64,000 nt of DNA from positions 886,469-950,468 of the forward strand of contig CP070758.1 in the NCBI GenBank assembly GCA_020348925.1, in the 5' to 3' direction. The notes under the pieces were generated by a model. The model was not told the origin of the DNA and did no database searches. It saw only the letters and a program-made list of their open reading frames with translations. The translations under genes were made by a program, and so were the position numbers. Within the stretch, counting starts at the first letter, position 1. Each line of letters opens with the position of its first letter. Shown here piece by piece: positions 20,531 through 30,670 of this stretch. The stretch is from Gemmatimonadota bacterium. Its GTDB lineage: Bacteria > JBHIER01 > G020348925.

Positions 20531-22057
20531 ATGGAAAAGAGAACACTATTCATCGGCGTCACGATACTATGTCTCATGAGCACTATTGCCCAGAGCAATG
20601 CCCTAAGCGCATATATGACTTCGTCATCGATTTCCATCAGCGGCGCTCAAGATGATGAAGATCGTTCCGCATCAAGAGAGGCAAGAGAAGCTTACAGGAA
20701 GGCGTATGATCTCATCCTGGACGAAAATTGGCCGGACGCCCGGAAGAGTCTGTCGACATTCCTCGAGAAGTACGCCGAAAGCGCCTATTCTGACGACGCC
20801 AGTTTCTGGATCAGTTACACCCTTGAAAAACAGGGAAAATACGAGGACGCTTTCAAGTCCTATCAGGGTTTTGTGGAAGCATACACAAACAGCAAATATG
20901 TCGATGACGCCGAATCAAACATGATAGCCTTGGCCAAGAAACTCTATCAGATGGGTAAGACCCAGTACAAGATCTACTTGGATGAAGCCGGCGAAGATCC
21001 TGATGAGGACATCAAGCTTCAAGCTCTGGCAGCCCTCGGTCAGATGGACAGCGAGGAAGCCCTGCCCATCCTCAAGGATGTCCTGAAAACGAGTAAGAGC
21101 AAAAAACTGAGAGAGAAAGCGGTCTTTGTCATCAGCCAGATTGGCGGTAACGAAGCGTTAGAAACCCTCCTCGACTTAGCCAAGAACGATCCTGATCCTG
21201 ATGTTCGTGAAAACGCGGTTTTCTGGATCGGTCAGGAAGGAGGACGCGAATCTCTCGGCGTGCTGATGGATGTTTTCAAGTCAACCCAGAATCAGCAGGT
21301 GCGCGAGAAGGTCGTCTTTTCGATTTCACAGATCGGTGGGCCGGAGGCCGTTGATATTTAGACAACAATCGCCAAAACCGACAAAGACCCGGACATCAGG
21401 GAAAACGCCGTTTTCTGGATCGGTCAGGAAGGGGATGAGGACGTCCTCGACGCCCTGTGGGATATTTTCAACAGCACGGAGGATAAGGGGGTACGCGAAA
21501 AGGTGGTCTTCTCTATCTCACAGGTGGGCGGCAGAGAGGCCATGGGAATACTCGAGAGGATAGCCCGGGACAATTCGGACTCTGAAGTCCAGGAAAAAGC
21601 GATCTTCTGGATCGGCCAAGAAGGGGGATCGGAGAGTCTCGAAATTCTGACGGATATTATCGATGAGGTCATAGAGTCAGAAATTCGGAAGAAGGTTGTC
21701 TTCTCGATTTCACAGATCGGCGGGTCGAAGGCTATTGAAACTCTCATTGACATTGCCAAAAACGACAAGGATCCTGAGGTCCGGGAGAATGCGATCTTTT
21801 GGATCGGCCAGGAAGGCGGGACTGAAGGTCTGGACGCGTTGTGGGATATCTATCAAACAACGACCGACCGGGAAGTCAAGGAGAAGATCGTCTTTTCGAT
21901 CAGCGAAGTGGGTGGAAAACGTGCCGTCGAAAAGTTAGTCCTCATAGCCAAAAACGACAAGGATATCGAGGTCAGAAAAAAAGCCATTTTCTGGTTGGGT
22001 GAATCCGGTGATCCGAGGGCACGCGAGGCGTTGCTTGAAATATTGGAAGGGAAATAA
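20531..22057 (+). pseudogene. Exported BamD/TPR-like plus HEAT-repeat protein interrupted by an in-frame TAG at 21359-21361 (nonsense change or sequencing error)
   Basis: ORFs 20513-21361 and 21503-22057 share a frame; reading through gives AVDI*TTIAKTDKDPDIRENAVFWIGQ, continuing the repeat register where Leu is expected. Confidence 0.75.
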
Positions 22058-22078
22058 ACAGTGATGGAGGTGATTGAA

Positions 22079-23278
22079 ATGAAACAATCCAATCATATTC
22101 GTCAGATCGTCGCAGGTATTCTCATCGCGGCGGCTTGCTTCGGATGGTATGTCTTGACGGAGGGCAAAATACCCCAGGTGGTGCGATACGATGGCGGGGA
22201 TGAGCCGTTAGTTGAAAAATGGAAATGGGCTCTGAATGAGGGGAAATCCGTTCAAGATCATGATGCCTTCTGGATCGGATACTCCGTTACAAAATGGATG
22301 AGCCCGCACGAGTTCTACGGCGATGACTGTATCTACCGCAGAGGCGGTGGCAGAACCATTCAGCAGCTCATAAGTGGGGATACGATCATCCGCTTGGAGG
22401 AGACGGATGAGGGGGACGACCTGAGACGGATTACCCTCGGGGCTTTGAAGAACCTTGGCGACGATGAGGCGGCTGAAAAGCTTCAGCGTGAATACCATGA
22501 TGATGAGGACCGTGCCGAGAGAGATCTCGCCATCTTGGCTTATTATGAAACGACAAAAAACACACCGCGTCTGGAGGATGTGAAAATTCGGAGGATGGAC
22601 CGAAGATATGAACCTGAAGGAGATGTACTGTACTGGTTGGGGCACACGGAGGATGGGGAAAGTATCGATTTATTATGGGATTTATTCCACGAAGCCGACC
22701 GGTTGAAGTTGCAGAAACATATCGCGACAGCGATTGGGGTCCACGATGCACCAAAAGAGGTTGTTCCTCTCCTGGAAAAGATCGCTTGTGGAGACTACCG
22801 AGAGAAGCTGAGGGAAAACGCCATCTTCTGGTTGGGTCAACAGAAAGGAGAAGAAAGCCTGAGGGTTCTTAAAAGGTTGCTGCGGGACGAGAGGGATTTC
22901 GAATTGAGGGAGAAAGTTATTTTTTCAATATACTGTTACGGCGGTGAAGAGGCTATCTCCATTCTCTCCGATGCTGCCCGCGGGGACCGATCCACGAAGG
23001 TGAGGAAAGAGGCCGTCTTCTGGCTGGGACAGCTGGCGGCGGCAAAGACCCTTGATATACTGTCCGATATCGCGATCGATTCGGAGGAAACGGAGATTCA
23101 GGAGCACGCGGTCTTTGCCATCAGTCAGCACTCCGATGACGAAGCCGTACCGACACTGATCAAAATTGCCAAGACACATAGAAACCCTGAAGTCAGAAAG
23201 AAAGCCATTTTCTGGCTCGGCCAGACTGAGGATGAACGGGCACTCGATTTCTTTGTGGAACTTTTAAAAGGTGATTGA
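22079..23278 (+). CDS. Exported or membrane-anchored HEAT-repeat protein
   Basis: N-terminal hydrophobic segment; repeated RxxAIFWLGQ / AVFAISQ; SD GGAGGTGA. Confidence 0.88.
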   Translation: MKQSNHIRQIVAGILIAAACFGWYVLTEGKIPQVVRYDGGDEPLVEKWKWALNEGKSVQDHDAFWIGYSVTKWMSPHEFYGDDCIYRRGGGRTIQQLISGDTIIRLEETDEGDDLRRITLGALKNLGDDEAAEKLQREYHDDEDRAERDLAILAYYETTKNTPRLEDVKIRRMDRRYEPEGDVLYWLGHTEDGESIDLLWDLFHEADRLKLQKHIATAIGVHDAPKEVVPLLEKIACGDYREKLRENAIFWLGQQKGEESLRVLKRLLRDERDFELREKVIFSIYCYGGEEAISILSDAARGDRSTKVRKEAVFWLGQLAAAKTLDILSDIAIDSEETEIQEHAVFAISQHSDDEAVPTLIKIAKTHRNPEVRKKAIFWLGQTEDERALDFFVELLKGD

Positions 23279-23284
23279 TTTCGG

Positions 23285-23312
23285 TGTAACCTTTAAAAGA
23301 CTCGGAACGTCT
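23285..23312 (+). promoter_or_regulatory. Second ECF promoter (upstream of the third HEAT gene)
   Basis: TGTAAC-N17-CGTCT. Confidence 0.7.
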
Positions 23313-23371
23313 AACCATACGAAAGAACGATTCAATTTTCAATTTAATATATTAAAGAGGAGGGATGAAAA

Positions 23372-24139
23372 ATGAAGCGTACTCTTATCGCACTCGTTCT
23401 CGTAAGCCTCATCGGTCTTCTCGTCCTTTCATACGCCGTTGCACATGATGATGAAAGTGGTCACAAGAAGGAGAAGGCGAAGGCCAAGGTTTATTGGAAT
23501 GATGATTGGGATCTTGATTTTCATCACGATTGGCAATGGGATTTCTCGGACCTCGAAGAATTAGAAAGTCTCGAAGCTCTGAAAGGTCTCGAAGCTTTAA
23601 AAGGATTGGAGGCCCTTGAGGATTTGGATTTCGACTTTGACTTCGATTTCGAGTTCGATTTTGATCATTGTTTCGAAGCGTGGGAACATACGGATAATAT
23701 ATGGGACCATTTACCTGTTCTTCCAAATCCGGTTATAGCCCTTCCACTGCCTCCCCTACCCCCTCTCCCTGCGATGACGAAGGACTGTCTTTCCCATTTC
23801 CACTGGGATTGGGATGGGTGCGACGACTACATAGAGCATGAGGATCTCACGGAAGAGGAGGAATTACGCCTGCATACCCTCTCCGCCCTCCGCAAGTTGG
23901 ACGGAGATGAATCCATACCCATTTTAGAGGAAATATTGAGAGAGGAAGAAAATCCCGCCATTCGGAGCAAAGCACTTTCTGTTCTGAATATGATCGACGA
24001 TGATCGAGTCGTCCCCATTTTGGGAGAGGTGGCGAAACACGACAGTAATCATCGGATCAAAAAAAGAGCCATATATTATTTGGGAATATCGGGCGACGAC
24101 CGGGCCTTAGAGATCCTGAAGGAGATCTTGGAAAAGTAG
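23372..24139 (+). CDS. Secreted HEAT-repeat protein with low-complexity (LEALKG)n, (DF)n and Pro-rich N-terminal region
   Basis: Signal peptide; LEALKGLEALKGLEAL; DFDFDFDFEFDFD; C-terminal HEAT repeats ending RAIYYLG...ALEIL.EILEK. Confidence 0.85.
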   Translation: MKRTLIALVLVSLIGLLVLSYAVAHDDESGHKKEKAKAKVYWNDDWDLDFHHDWQWDFSDLEELESLEALKGLEALKGLEALEDLDFDFDFDFEFDFDHCFEAWEHTDNIWDHLPVLPNPVIALPLPPLPPLPAMTKDCLSHFHWDWDGCDDYIEHEDLTEEEELRLHTLSALRKLDGDESIPILEEILREEENPAIRSKALSVLNMIDDDRVVPILGEVAKHDSNHRIKKRAIYYLGISGDDRALEILKEILEK

Positions 24140-24142
24140 GAC

Positions 24143-24895
24143 TTAAAAGAGATCGTATCCGGCGTAACGCATCCGAGCCACGGCCGTCGGATATGGACTG
24201 CAATCCTCTTCCTCGAGGTAGTCATAATAGCCTATCCTTTCGAGCTGCCGAATCATTTCCTTGCGCTCTTTCGAAGGCATAACCCGCGGATCGCTCATAC
24301 AGGCGACCCTCATATCGGTTCCAAGTTCAAGAAGATACCCCACAGCCTTGAAAGGTAGATTGAAGAAATCACCCAAGGCCCCGGTCCTTCGTTCAAAACC
24401 CCAGGCATCACCGGCCTTGATGGAAACTCGAATATAGAGATTCTCATATTTGGACAGCGCTTCAGCATACGATCTGTCGTGTCCCAGGAGAATGCCGTTC
24501 GTCTCAAGAATGAATAAATATCCCAGAGGATCTGTAAGATCGAGAAGCTGGAGAAGGTGCTCTCTGTTCAACGTCGGTTCGCCACCGGATATGCGCAGTC
24601 TGCCAACACGTTTCCTTCTGGCGATGTTGATCAATCGATTGAACACCTGCTGAGGTGAGTAGAACTGACCGTGCTTTTCAGGGTAATCCCGCGACCAATC
24701 GACCCAGCAGAAGGGACAGCGCAAGCAGCAGCCAACCAGATAGCCAGTGGCGATCCCTCCGTACACACCGACCTTGTAAAAGTCGGTATACTTTCTCGAA
24801 GATCCTCTGCCGACGATACTCATTGTCTTCTCGCATAAATCCAGCGGGTCAAAGGGCTCGAATTTCGGTGTGAGATATCTGGGGTAGTCTTTCAT
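24143..24895 (-). CDS. Radical SAM protein (short, archaeal-like family)
   Basis: GCCLRCPFCW, RISGGEPTL, FILETNGILLG. Confidence 0.88.
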   Translation of the reverse strand: MKDYPRYLTPKFEPFDPLDLCEKTMSIVGRGSSRKYTDFYKVGVYGGIATGYLVGCCLRCPFCWVDWSRDYPEKHGQFYSPQQVFNRLINIARRKRVGRLRISGGEPTLNREHLLQLLDLTDPLGYLFILETNGILLGHDRSYAEALSKYENLYIRVSIKAGDAWGFERRTGALGDFFNLPFKAVGYLLELGTDMRVACMSDPRVMPSKERKEMIRQLERIGYYDYLEEEDCSPYPTAVARMRYAGYDLF

Positions 24896-25023
24896 CTTTT
24901 CGATTTTCGTTTTTTACCACAGAGACTCTGTGATGCTGAGCGTTGAATAACCTTCAAGGGACTGAGATTTACGAAAAAATAACTCCGTGCACTCAGCATC
25001 TCAATGATTGACAAATAAAAAGA

Positions 25024-25629
25024 TTATATTTCCTCCCTTTGAACACATTCTATGACTCTTTCAGGCGTAAGGATGTAATCGATCCGTTTATCCCATCTTT
25101 CCATCAATTCTGAGAAATCATCGAGAATCTGCTTCTCGTGCACGACCGTCAATGTCTTTTCATTTCCCCCGATAAGTCGACGTTTCCTCAGATGCTCCCA
25201 CTCCTGATCGCCGTATCCCTTCCCTTTTCCCAACCTGTTTCCTTTGAGATCCACAGCAACGCTGCCCTGGACGAAGAGGTCGATCTTCGTCTCGAGCACC
25301 TTTCCGAACCGGCGAAACCCTTTTATACTGGTAGCCTGCCCGATACGTTCTCTCTCCACAATCTGGAGAAACCCGGTCATGTGGGGCAAAGCCACGGCGA
25401 GAATTTTCCCCTCTTCAAGAACAATCTCTCGTATTCTCTTCAGTACTCGGTCTGGAGCACAAAAGATGCACCTCGCCTCCTTGAACTCGGGTACACTTCG
25501 TATCCGTTCCCCGGCCTCATCACTCCCTGTAAAATTGGGAATCCGCCCGTGGCAGGGCCGTGGAAAGGTGACGAGATTCTTATCTTCTAAATACGTCCAA
25601 ATTCTTTTTCGTATATCGTCCTTCGTCAT
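25024..25629 (-). CDS. 5-formyltetrahydrofolate cyclo-ligase family protein
   Basis: GRIPNF.G, GSVAVD..GNRLGKGKGYGD, D.ILTPER. Confidence 0.88.
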   Translation of the reverse strand: MTKDDIRKRIWTYLEDKNLVTFPRPCHGRIPNFTGSDEAGERIRSVPEFKEARCIFCAPDRVLKRIREIVLEEGKILAVALPHMTGFLQIVERERIGQATSIKGFRRFGKVLETKIDLFVQGSVAVDLKGNRLGKGKGYGDQEWEHLRKRRLIGGNEKTLTVVHEKQILDDFSELMERWDKRIDYILTPERVIECVQREEI

Positions 25630-25663
25630 TTGAGATCCTTTTCACCCACCCACATATTCTCAC

Positions 25664-26116
25664 TCAATCTTTCAGGAAATCAAGCTGTTCCTCTGGCTCC
25701 CAGGTTTTATTCGCCTCAATAATATGGATGACGCTCCGACCCCTCGCTCTCAACCGATCCGCAATAAACCTGCGATGACACCGCCAGGGCAATCTTTCGG
25801 CACACACAATAACGGAAGACTCCGTTTCAGCCATGCGCTCGACTCGATCGAGAGCTTTCTGAAAAGGATCGGTTTCCATGTAGCTTTTATATCCACCTGC
25901 GCGATATCCTCCCAACGTATCCCCTGAATAACTGTATAGAAATCCCTTCGACTCCAACATACTCAAAAGATTCTCTTTCTTGAAATGGGCGAACTTTGAG
26001 GTAGGAAACCTCCGCACGTCTATGACCCGCTGAATCTCATACTCCCGCAAAACATCCAGGAACTCTTTGATGCTCCGATCACTGGTACCGAGAGTATAGA
26101 TGGATTTTTCATTCAT
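25664..26116 (-). CDS. DUF488 family protein
   Basis: IYTLGTS, DVRRFPTS, LGGYR, CAE..PWRCHR. Confidence 0.88.
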   Translation of the reverse strand: MNEKSIYTLGTSDRSIKEFLDVLREYEIQRVIDVRRFPTSKFAHFKKENLLSMLESKGFLYSYSGDTLGGYRAGGYKSYMETDPFQKALDRVERMAETESSVIVCAERLPWRCHRRFIADRLRARGRSVIHIIEANKTWEPEEQLDFLKD

Positions 26117-26282
26117 TTAGAAAAGTTTCCAATTTTGATTCAAACAGGGAAGAACAAGCTTTACGAAAATCTCCTCGGTAACGACAGCTCGTTGCACTCC
26201 AAATCTATTTCCACGAATAATGGGAGTTAAATGATTCATCATTTCAAAGTTTTCCGGGAATTCAGAAAAAATCCCCTTCAAG

Positions 26283-27989
26283 TCAACGTGTATTCCCAAA
26301 ATATTTCAACAGCTTTTTCAACGGATACGTATTGATCACGTCTTCTCGTCCGAGCCATCCTCTTCGAGCGACAGCCACACCCAATCTCATCATCCACAAC
26401 TGATCAAGATGATGGGCATCGGTACCGATAGCCAGCCTCGCTCCCATCTCCTTCGCTTTCCTGCAGGAAACGTCATCGAGATCGAGACGCTCAGAGTGCG
26501 CATTAATTTCCAGGACAGTACCGGTCTCGGCGGCCGTTCGCATCACGGCGTCAAGATTCACATCATATCCCTCACGGCTGGAGATGAGTCGTCCGGTCGG
26601 GTGGGCAATACTATCGACATGCGGATTCTCCATGGCCTTGATCATTCGCTCGGTGACGTTCTTCTTGAACCCGGAATGAATTGCCGCCACCACGACGTCC
26701 AATTTTTCCAACAATTCATCAGGACAGTCGAGATGACCATCAGTTTTGATGTCAACCTCAATTCCCGAAAGAAGCGTAACACATGATATTCGTTTATTGA
26801 TAGCTTCGATCTCCTCAATTTTTTCAACCAACTTCTGCTGCGAGACACCACCGGCGTAAAAGACCGATTCCGAATGATCACAGAGCGCTACATATTCGTA
26901 TCCCATTTCTCTGGCCCGAACTGCGATCTCCTCCAGCGATGCCGACCCATCGCTGTAGCTGGAGTGAACGTGCAGGTCCCCTCGAACCTCCTGATACTCG
27001 ACCAATTTCGGCAAGTGATCTGAAAGTGCCACCTCCACCTCACCCCGATCCTCCCTCATCTCCGGGGGAATCCAGGGTAACCCGAGGGCGGCATACACCT
27101 CCTCCTCTGTTTTGCCGCCTATCTTCTTTTCTCCTTGAAAAACTCCATACTCGTTCACTTTCAATCCCCGCTCCCTGGCGAGCCCTCTGAGGCGGACGTT
27201 GTGATCCTTCGATCCGGTAAAATACTGCATCGCCGCTCCGAAGGAGTCAGGTTTGACAACCCTGAGATCCACCTGAATGCCACCCTCGACAATGACACTC
27301 CCCTTCGTCTCCCCGGCGGCCAACACCTCCTCCACCAGATCGAAACGGATAAAGTGGTCGATAATATCTTTCCCCTTACGGCCGGTTGCAAGAATGTCGA
27401 TATCACCGATGTTCTCGCGCATCCGGCGCAGGCTTCCGGCAGGAGTAATGTCTAAAACTCCCTTCACCCTCTTCAATTGCTCGACAATCGACTCAACGAG
27501 CGGTAGGGCAACGCCCAGGGGAATTCTGCCCAGGCTGGCGGACCGGAGTTCAATCCCTCTCAAAATATTCTCAATTTTCTTCGCTCCCATGCCAGGTAAG
27601 GATTCCAAGGCTCTACTGTCAATAGTCTTCTTCAGATCCTCCAGATTCTTCACCCCAAGTTCTTTATGGACCAGGGCCAGTGTCTTCGGTCCAAGCCCCT
27701 GAATGGACATCAGCTCCATGAACCCATCCGGTACACTCTTCGTCACCTCTTCATATTTGCTCATCCGGCCGGTTTTCAGATACTCATCGATCTTCTTGGC
27801 AAGGGCCACTCCTATACCTGGGATACTTCGAAGTTTCCCATTCTCCCAGTTCAGTTCGATATCTTCCCGAAGATCACTGAGAACCCGGGCCGCCTTCCGA
27901 TAGGCGTTCACTTTGAACGATAGTTCTCCCTGAAACTCAAGGATGTCGGCTATCTCTTCAAACATCGAAGCAATCGTTCGGTTTTTCAT
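26283..27989 (-). CDS. polX: DNA polymerase X / PHP 3'-5' exonuclease
   Basis: AYRKAA, HhH motifs, AGSLRR...GDIDIL, YFTGSK.HN, DLHVHS.YSDG, GTDAH. Confidence 0.95.
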   Translation of the reverse strand: MKNRTIASMFEEIADILEFQGELSFKVNAYRKAARVLSDLREDIELNWENGKLRSIPGIGVALAKKIDEYLKTGRMSKYEEVTKSVPDGFMELMSIQGLGPKTLALVHKELGVKNLEDLKKTIDSRALESLPGMGAKKIENILRGIELRSASLGRIPLGVALPLVESIVEQLKRVKGVLDITPAGSLRRMRENIGDIDILATGRKGKDIIDHFIRFDLVEEVLAAGETKGSVIVEGGIQVDLRVVKPDSFGAAMQYFTGSKDHNVRLRGLARERGLKVNEYGVFQGEKKIGGKTEEEVYAALGLPWIPPEMREDRGEVEVALSDHLPKLVEYQEVRGDLHVHSSYSDGSASLEEIAVRAREMGYEYVALCDHSESVFYAGGVSQQKLVEKIEEIEAINKRISCVTLLSGIEVDIKTDGHLDCPDELLEKLDVVVAAIHSGFKKNVTERMIKAMENPHVDSIAHPTGRLISSREGYDVNLDAVMRTAAETGTVLEINAHSERLDLDDVSCRKAKEMGARLAIGTDAHHLDQLWMMRLGVAVARRGWLGREDVINTYPLKKLLKYFGNTR

Positions 27990-28356
27990 GATCGTTTCTT
28001 TCTCTCAAGATTTCTTTGTTTATGAATTCCAAAATTCAATTCAATATCAAAATACCCCAAAAAGACCACTCGGTCAAGAAGAAAACCAGAGCCAATACTG
28101 CCGTCCAATGACATGTATTCCTTTCGGGGCATTCTTTACAAAACTTTTCTGCACAATAAGTTAAGAGTTCAATGTTTCAAAAAAGAAAAAGTGGAACGAT
28201 AAAAAAAGTGTTCTCATTCTCTTAAAACGGTTATGATTATCGATGAATCACGCGCCTTGAGACAGAAGAACGGCAACGTGAAAGGATAAATAAACTCTCA
28301 ATTCTAAGTGGGGAAACGCGTAACAAAGAGCGTTCTCTTTATTTTCTGCTTATTTC

Positions 28357-28735
28357 CTAAAATTCCATGAACTCTCTTCTCCTTAAACCTGACAGATCAA
28401 GAGTTGCATCTTTCGGATTCGGAATTATCTCCCACTCTTCCATAGTGAGGGCACCAATGAGAACATCGAGAGTTTTTCCATTGATCTTGCCAATCTCATC
28501 CACTGGAACAGCCTTTGTATCAGAATCAAGCCCTTCAATCCTGCCATGAATAAGGCAGAATTCGTTTACCTCTATCTCTTTAGCTACTAAAGCCACTTTA
28601 AACTTCTTCAGAATACAACGTCTCGGTACTCCCTCAGTTAGACGCCTCTGAATGTAAGTATGCACTGCACCTGTGTCGAATAATGCTACCACCTCTTTCC
28701 TTTCAACATTCAATTATCTTTACAATCCTCGGCAT
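28357..28735 (-). pseudogene. Retropepsin-like (clan AA) aspartic protease with an apparent +1 frameshift near codon 10
   Basis: ATG 28735 reads MPRIVKIIEC*; removing one T near 28708 gives MPRIVKIIEVERKEVVALFDTGA...LIGALTMEEW. Confidence 0.65.
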
Positions 28736-29040
28736 CTCGATCCTCCAGGTTGGAGATTTTCAATGTGCAGGTGAGCTATGATCGGTGTCTGTTTGCTGTA
28801 AGATTAGCTTTTCTGCATACTGCTGTCAAGCTATTTCTTGGTCCAATCGACTGCTCCATTTTTCATCCTCGAACCCTTGCCGTGATCTTTTCGTCAACTG
28901 GCCGCTATATCACCCAATTGTAGGGAAAAGACCTCCAAAAAACGTGGCGTAAGATTCTCATTTTACGCCGACCATTCCTAACGTCATACAAGACATAATA
29001 TTTCAAGGAAAAAGAAGATAGCAGATTTTCTTGAAATTTA

Positions 29041-29056
29041 AGGCACTGAATTTGCA
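29041..29056 (+). promoter_or_regulatory. Orphan sigma54 promoter
   Basis: AGGCACTGAATTTGCA = GG-N10-GC; palindrome GGCGTAA-N10-TTACGCC at 28946-28969 upstream. Confidence 0.65.
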
Positions 29057-29066
29057 GTATAAATAT

Positions 29067-29183
29067 GATGCGGGTGAGTAGCGAATGGGTTAACTGACAA
29101 AAATAGCATTCCCTCCTATTTCCCCTCCAAAATCACCTACCTTTTTTCCCTCTAAGCCGCGAAAGCCCGCGGTTTTTCTTTTT
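29067..29183 (+). ncRNA. Candidate sigma54-dependent small RNA with CU-rich anti-Shine-Dalgarno motifs
   Basis: Lies between the sigma54 motif and terminator gccgcg-aaagcc-cgcggt-ttttcttttt; no ORF; CCCUCC occurs twice. Confidence 0.45.
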
Positions 29184-29314
29184 ACCACAGAGACGCAGAG
29201 ATACAGAGAAAAAAATCAATACCTGCTCTTTTGACCAATCAGGTGTATGACTGACCACGGTTCACAAACATCTTTCTGTGCCCTGTATCTCAGGAGATTC
29301 ATGAATGAATCACA

Positions 29315-30589
29315 CTAATTATGGCCGAAAGTTTCCTTGGGGGGGTTGAAATACCCGAAACGAAGATGCGGGAATCGCTTCTTCAGCCGATCCATCGTCT
29401 CTTTCACTCCGAAGCCAACACTCAGTGCGTTCGGTGGCAGCGAGTCGATATAGATCTCAGGATCAATATTCAGGTTGCGCATCTGAATCATGTTCGGTTT
29501 GACGTCATCAATCAAAGGTACAAGGACCTTCAGCTCTAACTCGGTATCGGTGATTCCGGGAAAAACGAGAAGGTTTATACTTGAGATTTTCTCATACGTT
29601 CTGGCGATCTTCAGTGTCTCGAAGACATCCGCAAGCTCATACCCTTGAGGCTTGAAGTAGGCATCATAGAGATCCCTCCGCGGGCTGTTCAAGGAGACGC
29701 GGATACTGTCCAAGCCGGCCCGGAAAAGACGATCAACAACATCGGGGAAGCTGCCATTCGTGTTGAGGTTGACGGTCCCCTGAGCGGTTTCCTTTCGTAT
29801 GAGCCGAATACTCTCCTCCAAGAGATCGCCCATAAGAAGCGGCTCGCCCTCGCAGCCCTGGCCGAAGCTGACCACGGCTCGCTTTACCCGTCCGATATGG
29901 CCAACGGCCACTTCGGCGATCTCCTCTGCTGTGGGTGGAACATCAAGTCGCTCATGGGAAGCTTTAAATTGTCCGTCAGGCTGCAGAGAGATGCAACCCA
30001 CACACTGCGCATTGCAGGCGATACTTGTCGGCAGCGGCGCTTCCCATCGATCCAAAAAGAAGTTCTGCGCGGCCCTGCAGCCGTACTCCATAGCACAGCG
30101 GACCAGCTGCTGCACAAGTCTGTTACAACCCATGTGTTGAAGACGTTTGTCAATGCGCTTCTGAATCATATCCGTCTTGAACCGCCACGGATCCTGCCTC
30201 GGATCCGTATCCACTCTCAGCCCCGCCACCCAGAACTGTCCCCTGGCAAATCCCAATGCAGTGTAAGCGAAGAGTGGGAGAACGGGAGCATCCTTGAGGG
30301 TGACATAAGCAGGGCGCATGGTCTGGGTGTGCGCCGGTGCCATAAAGACGGCTGCCGCATACACAGGATCCCCCTTCCATCTCTCCAGAACGACGGGTTG
30401 CCCTGTGTGGTGATCGATACCCACAGGATGCCGCTCCGGAAGTATCATAAAATCGCTTCCACGCGGAACAGGAACGACATCCCGGTCACTCACTGCGCGC
30501 GGTTCAGGACCGTCAAGAGCGGCCATGAGCAGTTTCGGGTGGTCATAGATATTTCCGCCCTCATCACAGAAGACGGTATGAAGTTTCAT
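29315..30589 (-). CDS. Radical SAM protein (uncharacterised family)
   Basis: CNAQCVGC, SFGQGCEGEPL, NTNGS; N-terminal LPLFAY domain. Confidence 0.9.
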   Translation of the reverse strand: MKLHTVFCDEGGNIYDHPKLLMAALDGPEPRAVSDRDVVPVPRGSDFMILPERHPVGIDHHTGQPVVLERWKGDPVYAAAVFMAPAHTQTMRPAYVTLKDAPVLPLFAYTALGFARGQFWVAGLRVDTDPRQDPWRFKTDMIQKRIDKRLQHMGCNRLVQQLVRCAMEYGCRAAQNFFLDRWEAPLPTSIACNAQCVGCISLQPDGQFKASHERLDVPPTAEEIAEVAVGHIGRVKRAVVSFGQGCEGEPLLMGDLLEESIRLIRKETAQGTVNLNTNGSFPDVVDRLFRAGLDSIRVSLNSPRRDLYDAYFKPQGYELADVFETLKIARTYEKISSINLLVFPGITDTELELKVLVPLIDDVKPNMIQMRNLNIDPEIYIDSLPPNALSVGFGVKETMDRLKKRFPHLRFGYFNPPKETFGHN

Positions 30590-30670
30590 TCTCTCTCTCT
30601 GTTCTACAAGTTATCGATTGAAAAATGAAAACAGTGTCACGTAGGATTTTAAGAGTGGTGCCTCATGCGG

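Noticed and set aside
26117-26299. 60-aa ORF between polX and DUF488
   Set aside because: It has no recognisable motif and overlaps the polX end; I cannot support it, although it fills the gap in the operon.
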